Source: a virus
IMG/VR virus record: IMGVR_UViG_3300017613_000718
Location: 1 to 50,202 of that record
DNA: 50,202 nucleotides
Reading direction: 5' to 3' (one strand)
Positions 17,069-25,570 of the stretch are shown piece by piece. How positions within the stretch are numbered: position 1 is the stretch's first letter; each line of letters begins with the position of its first letter. The notes beneath the pieces were generated by a model. The model saw only the letters and a list, made by a program, of their open reading frames with translations. It made no database searches and was not told where the DNA came from. The position numbers and the translations under genes were made by a program.

Positions 17069-18964
17069 CTATTTGATATCTGAGATGCCTGAGAGGATGT
17101 CTTGGACTTGTCGCAATTCGTTCTGCAGATTTTGACCGTGCTGTTCAAGCGTGCTGGTGCCAGGGTCTGAAACGTCCATACCGTCTTCGCCAGTTGTGTC
17201 AGGTTTTCGCAGGTCACCAAGAGCATGCTTGGCCAGTTCCTGCAGGAATGCGTCGTTCTTGATTTGCGAAAGCAGCATGGACATCCCGTCAGGGTTGCTG
17301 GCCATCGCTCGCATTAGAGGGATGATTTGATTTGTACGTTTACGAAGGCGCTTGGCGGCGTCGATGACGGCACCACCGTCATAGTCCGCGTCCTCTGTGG
17401 TGAGTTCACCATCCTCGTCGATCGAGGTGCGTTGGCCTGTGACACGCTTGATGCGTTTTGTGCCGTGTCGGGCTGCGATTTTTGCGAGCGCCTCTTGCAC
17501 CTTCGCGGCGGATGCCTCACCAATGAACAGGTCTTTCATGTCCTCGGCAGTGACAAGCATGTCCGAGTCGTTATTGAACATGAGCCAACCTGATAACTCG
17601 CTACCATCACCGGTCAAGAGTTGGCGCATGTCTTCTTGGATACTCACGAGGTTCGCGCCACTGAACCCACCAGCGCCTGCACCAGTAACGGCCTTTGCCC
17701 GTTCAGCCTGTTTAGCCATCGCAAGATAGTAGTTGGCCAACGCCTCTTTGCTCTTGAGGTCTGTTACTGCGTTCAGCATCGGATAGCGGAGATGCAGGAA
17801 CTTCATGGTTTTGTGTAGAGACTCAGGGTCTATGTCAGGGTACTGGCGCAGCATGGCCTTGTAATGCACCTCTTGTGGTGAATGCTGCACGAATTGCACG
17901 TCGTCGAGTAAAGACAAGTCGCCTGTACGGATCGCCTTGTTTAACGTGCCGGCATCACCTGCAATGAACCCCATTTGGTTTTTCGCAAGGTCAACCAGAA
18001 AAGCCGCGTTGTTCCGCACGTCGGCCCGCGCTAAACGCTTTTCGTGTGTCTTCAGCGCAGCGTTTTGCAGCACCATGTTGTCGGCAGTCGCTTCACTGTA
18101 GTCGAGCTTGCTGTCGAACAGCGCCTGGGTGTGTCGCATTTCTTGACGTACTTGTGAGATCTGCTCAACCGTGAGCTTGCGCCCGAGACCCATCGTCGCG
18201 ATCTGCTGATCCATGAGTTGGAGGTTCTTACGGCGGGTGTCAGCTTCGAGTTGTGACAGTCCCGCTAAGTGCTCGTCCACCAACAGGTCAGTCTGTGCGC
18301 GTGTCTTGTCGATGCCAGCACGGGCCGCTGCAGCTCCAAGTTCAGGCATGCCCGCGTCGAGGCCCCGTTGCATGCCTTCAGTTTCTACTTGAGTCTGCGC
18401 GGTGCCAGCTTTCGTGGCCCCTTCTTGGGCACCGATCAGATCCTTTTGTGCCCCAGCCGTTTCCAGGTCCATGAACTTCTTACGCACGTCGGCTTTGAAG
18501 CCTGCTGCACGCCATTTGCGGAAGTTTTCAGGCGACATCCCGAATGTCTGCGCCAAGACCCGTTCGTCCACATCAGTCTGTGGCACCAACATCACGTCCG
18601 GACCAGGGTCACCGTCTTTCCGGTAGCGCTTGTAGGCCATGGTGTGTGCTGGACCGGTGAGCGGTTGGTTATCCGGACCGACGAAACGGCCAAGCATCGC
18701 ATCCATGGATTGGAATTCTACAAGCTCGTCGTCACGTTCCATGTTGGCAGCGAGGTCGGAGTAGTATTGTGCGGTCGCATCGGCGGTGATCCTTGCCGTT
18801 TCGCGATCTGTCTTTTTCAAGCCAAGTTGGTCTTGGTACCGTGCCTCTTCTAACTTCCTGCGCCTTTTCGCTGCCAACGTGCCGCCAACGATCTCTGCCA
18901 CGCCAGCCAAGACATCAGCGAGACTACCGCGCTTACCTCTGTAAGGAACTACTGCTCTTGCCAT
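17069..18964 (-). CDS. internal virion/ejection protein (631 aa), coiled-coil rich
   Basis: SD aggag. Assignment rests on position and composition. Confidence 0.5.
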   Translation of the reverse strand: MARAVVPYRGKRGSLADVLAGVAEIVGGTLAAKRRRKLEEARYQDQLGLKKTDRETARITADATAQYYSDLAANMERDDELVEFQSMDAMLGRFVGPDNQPLTGPAHTMAYKRYRKDGDPGPDVMLVPQTDVDERVLAQTFGMSPENFRKWRAAGFKADVRKKFMDLETAGAQKDLIGAQEGATKAGTAQTQVETEGMQRGLDAGMPELGAAAARAGIDKTRAQTDLLVDEHLAGLSQLEADTRRKNLQLMDQQIATMGLGRKLTVEQISQVRQEMRHTQALFDSKLDYSEATADNMVLQNAALKTHEKRLARADVRNNAAFLVDLAKNQMGFIAGDAGTLNKAIRTGDLSLLDDVQFVQHSPQEVHYKAMLRQYPDIDPESLHKTMKFLHLRYPMLNAVTDLKSKEALANYYLAMAKQAERAKAVTGAGAGGFSGANLVSIQEDMRQLLTGDGSELSGWLMFNNDSDMLVTAEDMKDLFIGEASAAKVQEALAKIAARHGTKRIKRVTGQRTSIDEDGELTTEDADYDGGAVIDAAKRLRKRTNQIIPLMRAMASNPDGMSMLLSQIKNDAFLQELAKHALGDLRKPDTTGEDGMDVSDPGTSTLEQHGQNLQNELRQVQDILSGISDIK

Positions 18965-18973
18965 GTTGTGCTC

Positions 18974-19741
18974 CTAACCGCCCAGTCCTTCAAAGAACTG
19001 AATCCACTGTAGCGTGTCGTCAGTGCCGCCTTGGTCTTGGTTGTGGGTGATGACTGGTGCTCCACCACCGCCACCAAGAAGCATGGACAGGATGTCGAGC
19101 GGAAATTGGTTCTGTTGCTGTTGCATGCCTGCTGCGGACTTCCACAACTCGGCCAGGAATTGCGGCATTTGGCTGAGCTGCATGCCTGAGGCGGCCTGGG
19201 CTTCGATGCTCGCTGGCGCGGCTGCCTTCATGATGTCCGCGATGCTGCCACCGATCATCTGCTGGCCTTGACCCATGAGTTGTGACATGAAGTCACCAAC
19301 TTGAGCGCCGGTTGAAGTAGACCTGACGGGGATGCCGCTGACGTTTGAGGACTCGTAGATCTTGTCGGTGCCTTGTTGTGCGAGGATGTCTTGTGAAGGT
19401 TTCAAGTAGCCCGCAAGGGTCTCGCCAAGGCCGGTGAGGTCTGGCATGTAACCTTCAGTCGCGCCCTTCATCAACGCGCCTAGCCCAACACCCCCACCGC
19501 CTGCCATCAAGGGCATCAACGAACTCAGTCCACTGCCTGCCTGTTCGCCAAACATGTTCCCAAACTGCATGAGCGGACTGTTCCCGAAGTTGAGTGCGTC
19601 TGGCATGTTCTGCATGGCAGCGTTCCCGAGCTGCTGGCTGAGCTGGTTCATCCATTGGAATTCGAGCGGGACGCTCATTGCCTCTTTCCAAGGCTCTTGA
19701 GGATCAACCCAGTCTTGGATATCGCTGATGACTCCACCCAT
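18974..19741 (-). CDS. internal virion/ejection protein (255 aa), Gly/Met/Gln-rich
   Basis: Low-complexity G/M/Q-rich sequence with GGGG tracts. It is the first of the three-gene ejection block. Confidence 0.5.
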   Translation of the reverse strand: MGGVISDIQDWVDPQEPWKEAMSVPLEFQWMNQLSQQLGNAAMQNMPDALNFGNSPLMQFGNMFGEQAGSGLSSLMPLMAGGGGVGLGALMKGATEGYMPDLTGLGETLAGYLKPSQDILAQQGTDKIYESSNVSGIPVRSTSTGAQVGDFMSQLMGQGQQMIGGSIADIMKAAAPASIEAQAASGMQLSQMPQFLAELWKSAAGMQQQQNQFPLDILSMLLGGGGGAPVITHNQDQGGTDDTLQWIQFFEGLGG

Positions 19742-19745
19742 GGTG

Positions 19746-20273
19746 TTATTCTCCTTGCTGTGCTGCCCAACTGGGCGTTGTGTCCCGGTCAGCTTGGTAC
19801 CAGATCACGTCTTCAGGAACCCCATTGTACCATAGGTATTTAGGCAAGACGGCTTGCCGAGTGAGTGGTATGGCGTCGAGAAGACGTTGCATTAAAAGGT
19901 TGCTGACGTTGGTGAAAGCGTCGATGTGGAAGAGGTCGTAGACTTGCAATGTGGAGTACCCAAGATAGTGCCAGTCCTCGGTCGCACGGCGCATTGCTGT
20001 GCGGTCCCATGCAGCGCCGTAGGTGACGCACCGCCATTTCGGTATGACGTTAGTGAATGCGATCATGCCGCCGCCGTCTGCGATGTCGTAGACGAGTGAG
20101 AGTGGGTGGCAAAAGGTGCGGACGTACCAGGCTTCAGGGTGTGCGAGGACACCGTCATGCCAGAACACTGGGATCTGACGAAGGTGCTCGAATAGTGTTT
20201 GGTGCCCAGTGGTATCGGTGGGCTCGATGCGCCGGTAGCCGCGCTCGGCAAGGGCGTTCACGAGGCGCTCCAT
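19746..20273 (-). CDS. GNAT-fold-like protein, paralog B (175 aa)
   Basis: VYDIADGGGMIAFTNVIPKWRCVT...HIDAFTNVSN...GVPEDVIWYQ follows the RimJ/RimL-type GNAT beta4-alpha3..beta6 pattern by eye. No clear Q/RxxGxG/A acetyl-CoA motif. Confidence 0.4.
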   Translation of the reverse strand: MERLVNALAERGYRRIEPTDTTGHQTLFEHLRQIPVFWHDGVLAHPEAWYVRTFCHPLSLVYDIADGGGMIAFTNVIPKWRCVTYGAAWDRTAMRRATEDWHYLGYSTLQVYDLFHIDAFTNVSNLLMQRLLDAIPLTRQAVLPKYLWYNGVPEDVIWYQADRDTTPSWAAQQGE

Positions 20274-20896
20274 TCAAGCCACGTTAGGTCACAGAGCTTG
20301 CCGTCGTAGCTTGTAGCTTCGTGGAGGGTGCCACGGGCCGCCATGCCTGCGGTAGTGAGGTGGTCAGTTGTGTCCAGGTCGTCACGTTTGGGGAATGCGT
20401 CCAGGCGGATCAGTCCGTGTGTGTAAGCGGCTACTCCGAACATGAACTCAATGGTCCCGGCAGGCAATAAGGCAACGTCTTCGTGCCAAATGTGGAGCGA
20501 CACTTTAGCTCGCCATTTAGGCTGGACGTGGCTGATTGCGAGCACCCCACCACCGTCAGCGAGATCGAACACGATGTTCTCAGGGCGGGTGAAGTGCGTG
20601 AGGAACCACTGCATTGGGTTGGCGCGGGCAGGATCGGGCCAGAAGTCAAGTTGCTCGACCATGTGTTTTGACAGTGCGATCTGTGCATCGCCGTCGTTCC
20701 ACTTGACAACACGTAAGCCCCGTTGCGCCAGAGGATCACGCTGGTTGTCAGGTTGCACCGCCTCGGCTAAGGGGGCTGACGCCGAGACATTATTTGTAGG
20801 AATGGTGCGAGAAGAAGGCTTAGCGGCTGCCTTCTGTCTAAGATCGTCGCGCAACGAGGCTAACGCTTTTGTCAATCGTGGATCACGGTCCTCCAT
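20258..20896 (-). CDS. GNAT-fold-like protein, paralog A (212 aa)
   Basis: VFDLADGGGVLAISHVQPKWRAKV...IRLDAF...YDGKLCDLTWLEW is paralogous to 19746-20273. Confidence 0.4.
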   Translation of the reverse strand: MEDRDPRLTKALASLRDDLRQKAAAKPSSRTIPTNNVSASAPLAEAVQPDNQRDPLAQRGLRVVKWNDGDAQIALSKHMVEQLDFWPDPARANPMQWFLTHFTRPENIVFDLADGGGVLAISHVQPKWRAKVSLHIWHEDVALLPAGTIEFMFGVAAYTHGLIRLDAFPKRDDLDTTDHLTTAGMAARGTLHEATSYDGKLCDLTWLEWSAS

Positions 20897-20919
20897 GGGT
20901 ATCTCCTTGGTTGGTGGGG

Positions 20920-22629
20920 CTATCCTGTGCGTGAGTCACCTCCGTATGTGAACTCTGCGGTGAAGTCGTGAAGGCGCATGTCGATGCCGCTGATACGGAA
21001 CTCGAACCAGTCTGATGTCACGCCACCAGGGTCGAGAGAATAGGTTTTGCTGGTGAGGCGAGCTGCGGCACCGGCTGGAAGCTCAACGCCTGTTGTGATG
21101 GCGATCCAGGCTGCGGTGTCGCCTGTACGGTATTCGATGAAGGGTGTCCAGGCGAACTCGCTACGGTAGCGGATGTGGACATCGTGGAGCGTGAGTTCGT
21201 CGGTGTCCTCAAGCTCACGGATGGGGCGGCCACCTGCGATTATGGCTCGACCTTCTGCAGTGATCGGTGGGAAGTTGATCTGGCCTGTGATGGTTGCGCC
21301 GTTATCCGTAGCGCCTTGCGAGTCAGAGTCGTTCATCAATATGCCGGTAGATGTGGCGAGTGCGACCGTGTTGGCACCAGCAGCAAGCGCAACGTCAGCC
21401 CACCGTAAGAATGGGAAGTCCTCCCAGGTGTCGTCGTCGTAGGGGGCTGACTCAGCGTCTTGCCAGGTCAAAGTGTCAGTGCTGACCAACGTATTTGCGG
21501 CTGTAATGACATCAGCGTAAGACATTGGGCCGTAGACACGGTTTTCGAGGTGGTTGAACACCCACACGCTGGTGACTGTGGTGGAGCCACCTTCAGGGAT
21601 ACCGATGAAGATCTCGTGCGATCGGGGCTTGTACCAGGCGACGGCAGCATTGAGAGCTTCTTGGTTGATGCTGTTCATGATGGTGTGGGTGACTTCTGGG
21701 GCCACCATGTTGAGGGCGGCTGCGCCGTCGTAGAAGTAGAGGCCATCGTGGCCGACGAAGAAGAGCTTGTTCGGGTTGAGTGAGATGAGGGTGCGCGGGA
21801 GGAGAATGCCGACACCTTTGCCGGGGTTCACAGCATCGAAGCGCAAGGGCGCATACGGCAGGCCGGTAGGTGTGGCTCGCCAAAGGGCACCACCATTCGC
21901 GTCACCTTTGAGGATTGCAATGCCGCCAAGAATTGGCGAGGCTGCCGTGATGGCGTAAGGATCATCAAGCAAGTCCGCAAAGCCGCTAGTGGAACTTGTC
22001 CAGGAGATTGCGTCACCGAATTCTGACCATTGCACACGCGCCTGTTTGCGTTCAGCGGATGCGTCACGCACGTTCATCACCACAGCCCGATTGGCGGCCG
22101 ATACGACAACCTTGCCCCCGACTGGTCCTGCTTCGGTAGTGTCAACTGCGTCGTTCCACAAGGCGTCGGTATCGTCAGGATTCCATACAAGCGGGTTGTC
22201 CACACCGTTGACGGCCATGAGCATGTTTTTTGGACTGACAGCGCCTGTACGTGGCACCATTGCCATGCTCCAGTAATCGTCATCGTCACCGGAAGGGGCA
22301 CCCGCTGCGGGTGTGCGGTCAACCCAAGCTGACTGCCAAGAGTAGACCTTGTTTTTAGTGAACCGCATGGTATGCACGGTGCCGTCGTCGAACAATGCTG
22401 CGAACGTGCCCGTTATACGATTCGCATCCGGCGCAGTGCCAACAGCTTCGTATCCCAGGCGAGTCTGTGCGATTCCATCAGCTAAGCGGATGTTCGGTGT
22501 GGACACCAGTAGCGGTGGCTGTTGACGTGGCTGCGGCGTCACGAGATCCTCAGCCGGGAGGTCGAGCACCACCTTCCCTGAACCGATGTTCATGAACGAG
22601 ACCTTGATCACTTGAGATCGTGCAGCCAC
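20920..22629 (-). CDS. tail tubular/nozzle-like structural protein (569 aa)
   Basis: GTG start 6 nt after aggag. Beta-rich. Assignment rests on size and position only. Confidence 0.35.
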   Translation of the reverse strand: MAARSQVIKVSFMNIGSGKVVLDLPAEDLVTPQPRQQPPLLVSTPNIRLADGIAQTRLGYEAVGTAPDANRITGTFAALFDDGTVHTMRFTKNKVYSWQSAWVDRTPAAGAPSGDDDDYWSMAMVPRTGAVSPKNMLMAVNGVDNPLVWNPDDTDALWNDAVDTTEAGPVGGKVVVSAANRAVVMNVRDASAERKQARVQWSEFGDAISWTSSTSGFADLLDDPYAITAASPILGGIAILKGDANGGALWRATPTGLPYAPLRFDAVNPGKGVGILLPRTLISLNPNKLFFVGHDGLYFYDGAAALNMVAPEVTHTIMNSINQEALNAAVAWYKPRSHEIFIGIPEGGSTTVTSVWVFNHLENRVYGPMSYADVITAANTLVSTDTLTWQDAESAPYDDDTWEDFPFLRWADVALAAGANTVALATSTGILMNDSDSQGATDNGATITGQINFPPITAEGRAIIAGGRPIRELEDTDELTLHDVHIRYRSEFAWTPFIEYRTGDTAAWIAITTGVELPAGAAARLTSKTYSLDPGGVTSDWFEFRISGIDMRLHDFTAEFTYGGDSRTG

Positions 22630-22638
22630 AACAGACTC

Positions 22639-23064
22639 CTACAGGGACTCGATCAGGTCAACGACACGCTTGAGGCCAGCGTAGAATTCACCAACTGCCT
22701 GGTGCTCTTCAGCTTTGCGTTCCAACTCGTCAAGCCAAGACTTGAGTGTGGGTTTGACGGTGGGCCACATGGTGGACAACATGGTGAGTTCGGCTACTAG
22801 CCTCAAGCCGATTCGTAGTTTCTTCCAGAACTTCATGCGCGTTCTCCTTTTGTTGAGCACAGGCTCTTGATCTTGTTGTGCGAGCCAGGCTCTTTTAGCT
22901 GCACGGTGGGCCTTACGCCAACCGCCTTTGTTTCGTAGACGTGAAGAGGTGGCCGAGCGCCTCCGGGTTTGGATTGGTATTCGTCTTTTGCGCTGGCCGA
23001 CACGATAGACTCTCCTTGCTGGGCGGCGGGCTTGCGGCTTGCCGGTTGCTATGCGGCGGGTCAT
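22639..23064 (-). CDS. protein with extremely Arg/Lys-rich N-terminal 75 aa plus hydrophobic/helical C-terminus (141 aa)
   Basis: ATGA overlap with the upstream fibre gene. Sequence: MTRRIATGKPQARRPARRVYRVGQRKRRIPIQTRRRS... An alternative start at MKFWKK would give 65 aa. Confidence 0.45.
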   Translation of the reverse strand: MTRRIATGKPQARRPARRVYRVGQRKRRIPIQTRRRSATSSRLRNKGGWRKAHRAAKRAWLAQQDQEPVLNKRRTRMKFWKKLRIGLRLVAELTMLSTMWPTVKPTLKSWLDELERKAEEHQAVGEFYAGLKRVVDLIESL

Positions 23065-23918
23065 TCGACACGCAAGAGCGACACGTTCGCGGTCTTGACT
23101 TCCAAGTCTTGGGAGTCGCTTAAGTTTTCCAGATATAAGCTGACTTGGTCACTGGCAGACAAGGCTAAGATGCAGGTGGATGAAAAATGGTAGCTCTCAG
23201 TTGAGTCTGATAACGTGCGCCGACCTCGGCCTTCTGCTTTTGCGGAGCCGTCAATCATGACGCCACCATAGGCACCGACTGCTGTTGAGCCTGAGTCTAG
23301 TGTGACAGACATCGACCATTCTATAAAGTACGTGCCCGCATAGGTGACAGCGAGGTAGTGGTCGCTGAATGTGACGTTCTTTAGCACACCTGTTGTGAAG
23401 TCAGTGCCGCCGGTATTCACCTCTGTTGGAGTCTCGTCAGACGCGATTGCTACGGTGAAAAGGGAATTGGTGTACATGTGGCCGTAAGCGATCGGTGCCG
23501 CAACGAACGATCGGTTCACTACCCACCAGCCGGTGCCGTCACTCTGCAACGACACGCTATCGTATGTCCCACCAGGCAGGACGTATGCAGTGCCCGCGCC
23601 GCCCGAAGCGATTTGCTCGGTGCCGTCAGGGTCGATGCTGACGGTGTTCGCCGTGTCGTTTGTACGGACGAAGGTGTAGATGTATTCATCAACATCGGCT
23701 GCCGGGGGAAGGCTGATAGTGACCGCAGCACTGCTGGCATCGACGTGGCATACAGTATCGTTGACAGCGAGTGTGTAGTCGGCGGTCAGGGCCGTGACTT
23801 GTTGCTTGATCTCGTCATAAAGCTGCGCCCGCTCTGCGATCAAAGCCAGCTTCGCCTGCTGGTCCACACCTTCAGTGGTGGGGTTCAGTGCCGCCTGTAC
23901 GCGAAGGGTCTCGGTCAT
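23061..23918 (-). CDS. tail fibre protein with C1q/TNF-like C-terminal jelly-roll (285 aa)
   Basis: N-terminal coiled segment. C-terminus AGTYFIEWSMSV...GGVMIDGS...ILALSASDQVSLYL...ANVSLLRVE matches the C1q-domain strand pattern by eye. Confidence 0.45.
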   Translation of the reverse strand: MTETLRVQAALNPTTEGVDQQAKLALIAERAQLYDEIKQQVTALTADYTLAVNDTVCHVDASSAAVTISLPPAADVDEYIYTFVRTNDTANTVSIDPDGTEQIASGGAGTAYVLPGGTYDSVSLQSDGTGWWVVNRSFVAAPIAYGHMYTNSLFTVAIASDETPTEVNTGGTDFTTGVLKNVTFSDHYLAVTYAGTYFIEWSMSVTLDSGSTAVGAYGGVMIDGSAKAEGRGRRTLSDSTESYHFSSTCILALSASDQVSLYLENLSDSQDLEVKTANVSLLRVE

Positions 23919-24841
23919 TAGGAGATGCGCCCAAATTCAAAAGCAATAGGAGACACGGACAGGCAGTAAGCCCAAACGCGAACAGGGTCGCTGCCGCTGC
24001 TGTAGTTCCAGCATCGCAATTCGTACTCAAGGTTCCCTGTGCCGGTAGGTGCGTGGATGACGTGCATTGAACACGTAACGATTCCATCCGTGGCCTCGTG
24101 GAGCGTCAGTCCTGAGTTTGAGCCTTGCCTCGCGATCTCTGCAACCGAACCGCTAGGGTCAGTTCTGATGGCAAACGCTGGTTCGGCATCGGTGGGTGCC
24201 GTGCCACAGGAATAGCCTACGGTAGCGAGCACTAAGAACGGGGTGTCAGCGACCTGTACATTTATGGTCACAGATGCTACCTGTTCGTTACTCCCTACAG
24301 CAACTGAAGTGGTCCATACCGCGCCGGTAACTGGATCGTCGTCAACCTCATAGTTGAGCTGCGCCACGGGAAACTGCGCGTCAGCTGACACTTCAAGATT
24401 GGCCGCATCGAGTGTGCCTGTGACATCTGCGTCCACAGCGGTGAGTGTCGTCGTGGACTCCATAGTCGCAGCTTTCATTGCGTTGGCGACGAAGGTGTAT
24501 TGAGTGGCTGTGTCGGGCGCGGCCAAGGTGGCATCACCAGCCTTGATTTCCGCGTCGTCGCTGTTGATCACGAGCGCATAGTCACCGTCTGTGGCACCGG
24601 TCTCATAGACGTACCACTCGTCGGCTGCGGCTGACGCGTCACCTTCAGCTTCAGCTACACCACAGGTATGGCGACCGTCTTTGATGTCTTTGGGCGTGCC
24701 TTCTGAATGGTGGTGCCCGCCTGTTTGGAACCGTTCGCGGATCTGTTGCTTCATCTCCCGCATGCGGTTGTCACCGGTCTTGATTTCTTCGGTAGCTGCT
24801 GGAACTGTCTCGTCCCATGCGTCACTGATAATGTCCGCCAT
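23918..24841 (-). CDS. tail fibre/structural protein (307 aa)
   Basis: N-terminus DAWDETVPAATEEIKTGDNRMREMKQQIRERF...GGHHH is typical of phage fibre N-termini. The rest is T/A/V/D-rich and beta-rich. TAATG overlap with the next gene. Confidence 0.45.
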   Translation of the reverse strand: MADIISDAWDETVPAATEEIKTGDNRMREMKQQIRERFQTGGHHHSEGTPKDIKDGRHTCGVAEAEGDASAAADEWYVYETGATDGDYALVINSDDAEIKAGDATLAAPDTATQYTFVANAMKAATMESTTTLTAVDADVTGTLDAANLEVSADAQFPVAQLNYEVDDDPVTGAVWTTSVAVGSNEQVASVTINVQVADTPFLVLATVGYSCGTAPTDAEPAFAIRTDPSGSVAEIARQGSNSGLTLHEATDGIVTCSMHVIHAPTGTGNLEYELRCWNYSSGSDPVRVWAYCLSVSPIAFEFGRIS

Positions 24842-24844
24842 CTG

Positions 24845-25552
24845 CTATCTCCCTTGCAAACGTGCTGTGGTTGGTCGTCCAACGTGGAAGTGCCCGAACC
24901 CACCTCTCGACTTTGCTTCTTCGTATGGTGACTTGCGCTCTGCGATGAACGCGAGGAAGCGTTGCTCTAGTGCCATGCTTTGGTCGGGCATGCGGAGTAG
25001 TTCAGCAGCCTCCGCGCCCGCTGCCAGGTGGATGGCTGTGTGCCATTCGGATGGGATCACTGGAGCTGAGCCACCTTCACTGAGTGTCTCAGGTAGGTTG
25101 TAGACGTACTCTGTGACGGTGACATCGCTGGTTGGGATCTTGTAGACCCGGTAGCCTTGGGTGTTGCTCTTACCGTCTGGGCACCAATAACGGAGGTACC
25201 CTGTGGCGGTCTTGTCCACGGTCATCATCTTGCGGTGAGGCCAGCCGTCGATGCGAACGCCATCGGTGTTGTTCCACAGGCCGTCTACGCTATAAACGCC
25301 AGTGCTGTTCGCGACGAAGTTATTCGTGAGTGATGAGGAGATCGTGCGCTCGATCTCGTGCTGGAGTTCGTAGAACCGCACGCGCCGGAACTGGGGTTGC
25401 TTTTGCCCAGGTCGTTGGACGTAGCCCTGGAAGGTCGCCAGGCGGTTGTAGCCTGACTGGACGCGGGCCAGGTACCAGGCGTCGGTGATGGTCGCTGATG
25501 AGCGGTTACCGACATGCTGTTGGGTCAAGGTAATGAGTTCGTCAGGTGTCAT
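24845..25552 (-). CDS. possible head-to-tail adaptor (235 aa)
   Basis: N-terminal ELITLTQQHVGN...ITDAWYLARV and C-terminal WHTAIHLAAGAEAAELL are reminiscent of P22 gp4-type adaptors. This is a weak call. Confidence 0.3.
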   Translation of the reverse strand: MTPDELITLTQQHVGNRSSATITDAWYLARVQSGYNRLATFQGYVQRPGQKQPQFRRVRFYELQHEIERTISSSLTNNFVANSTGVYSVDGLWNNTDGVRIDGWPHRKMMTVDKTATGYLRYWCPDGKSNTQGYRVYKIPTSDVTVTEYVYNLPETLSEGGSAPVIPSEWHTAIHLAAGAEAAELLRMPDQSMALEQRFLAFIAERKSPYEEAKSRGGFGHFHVGRPTTARLQGR

Positions 25553-25570
25553 AGCGTCTCCTCCCGCCCA

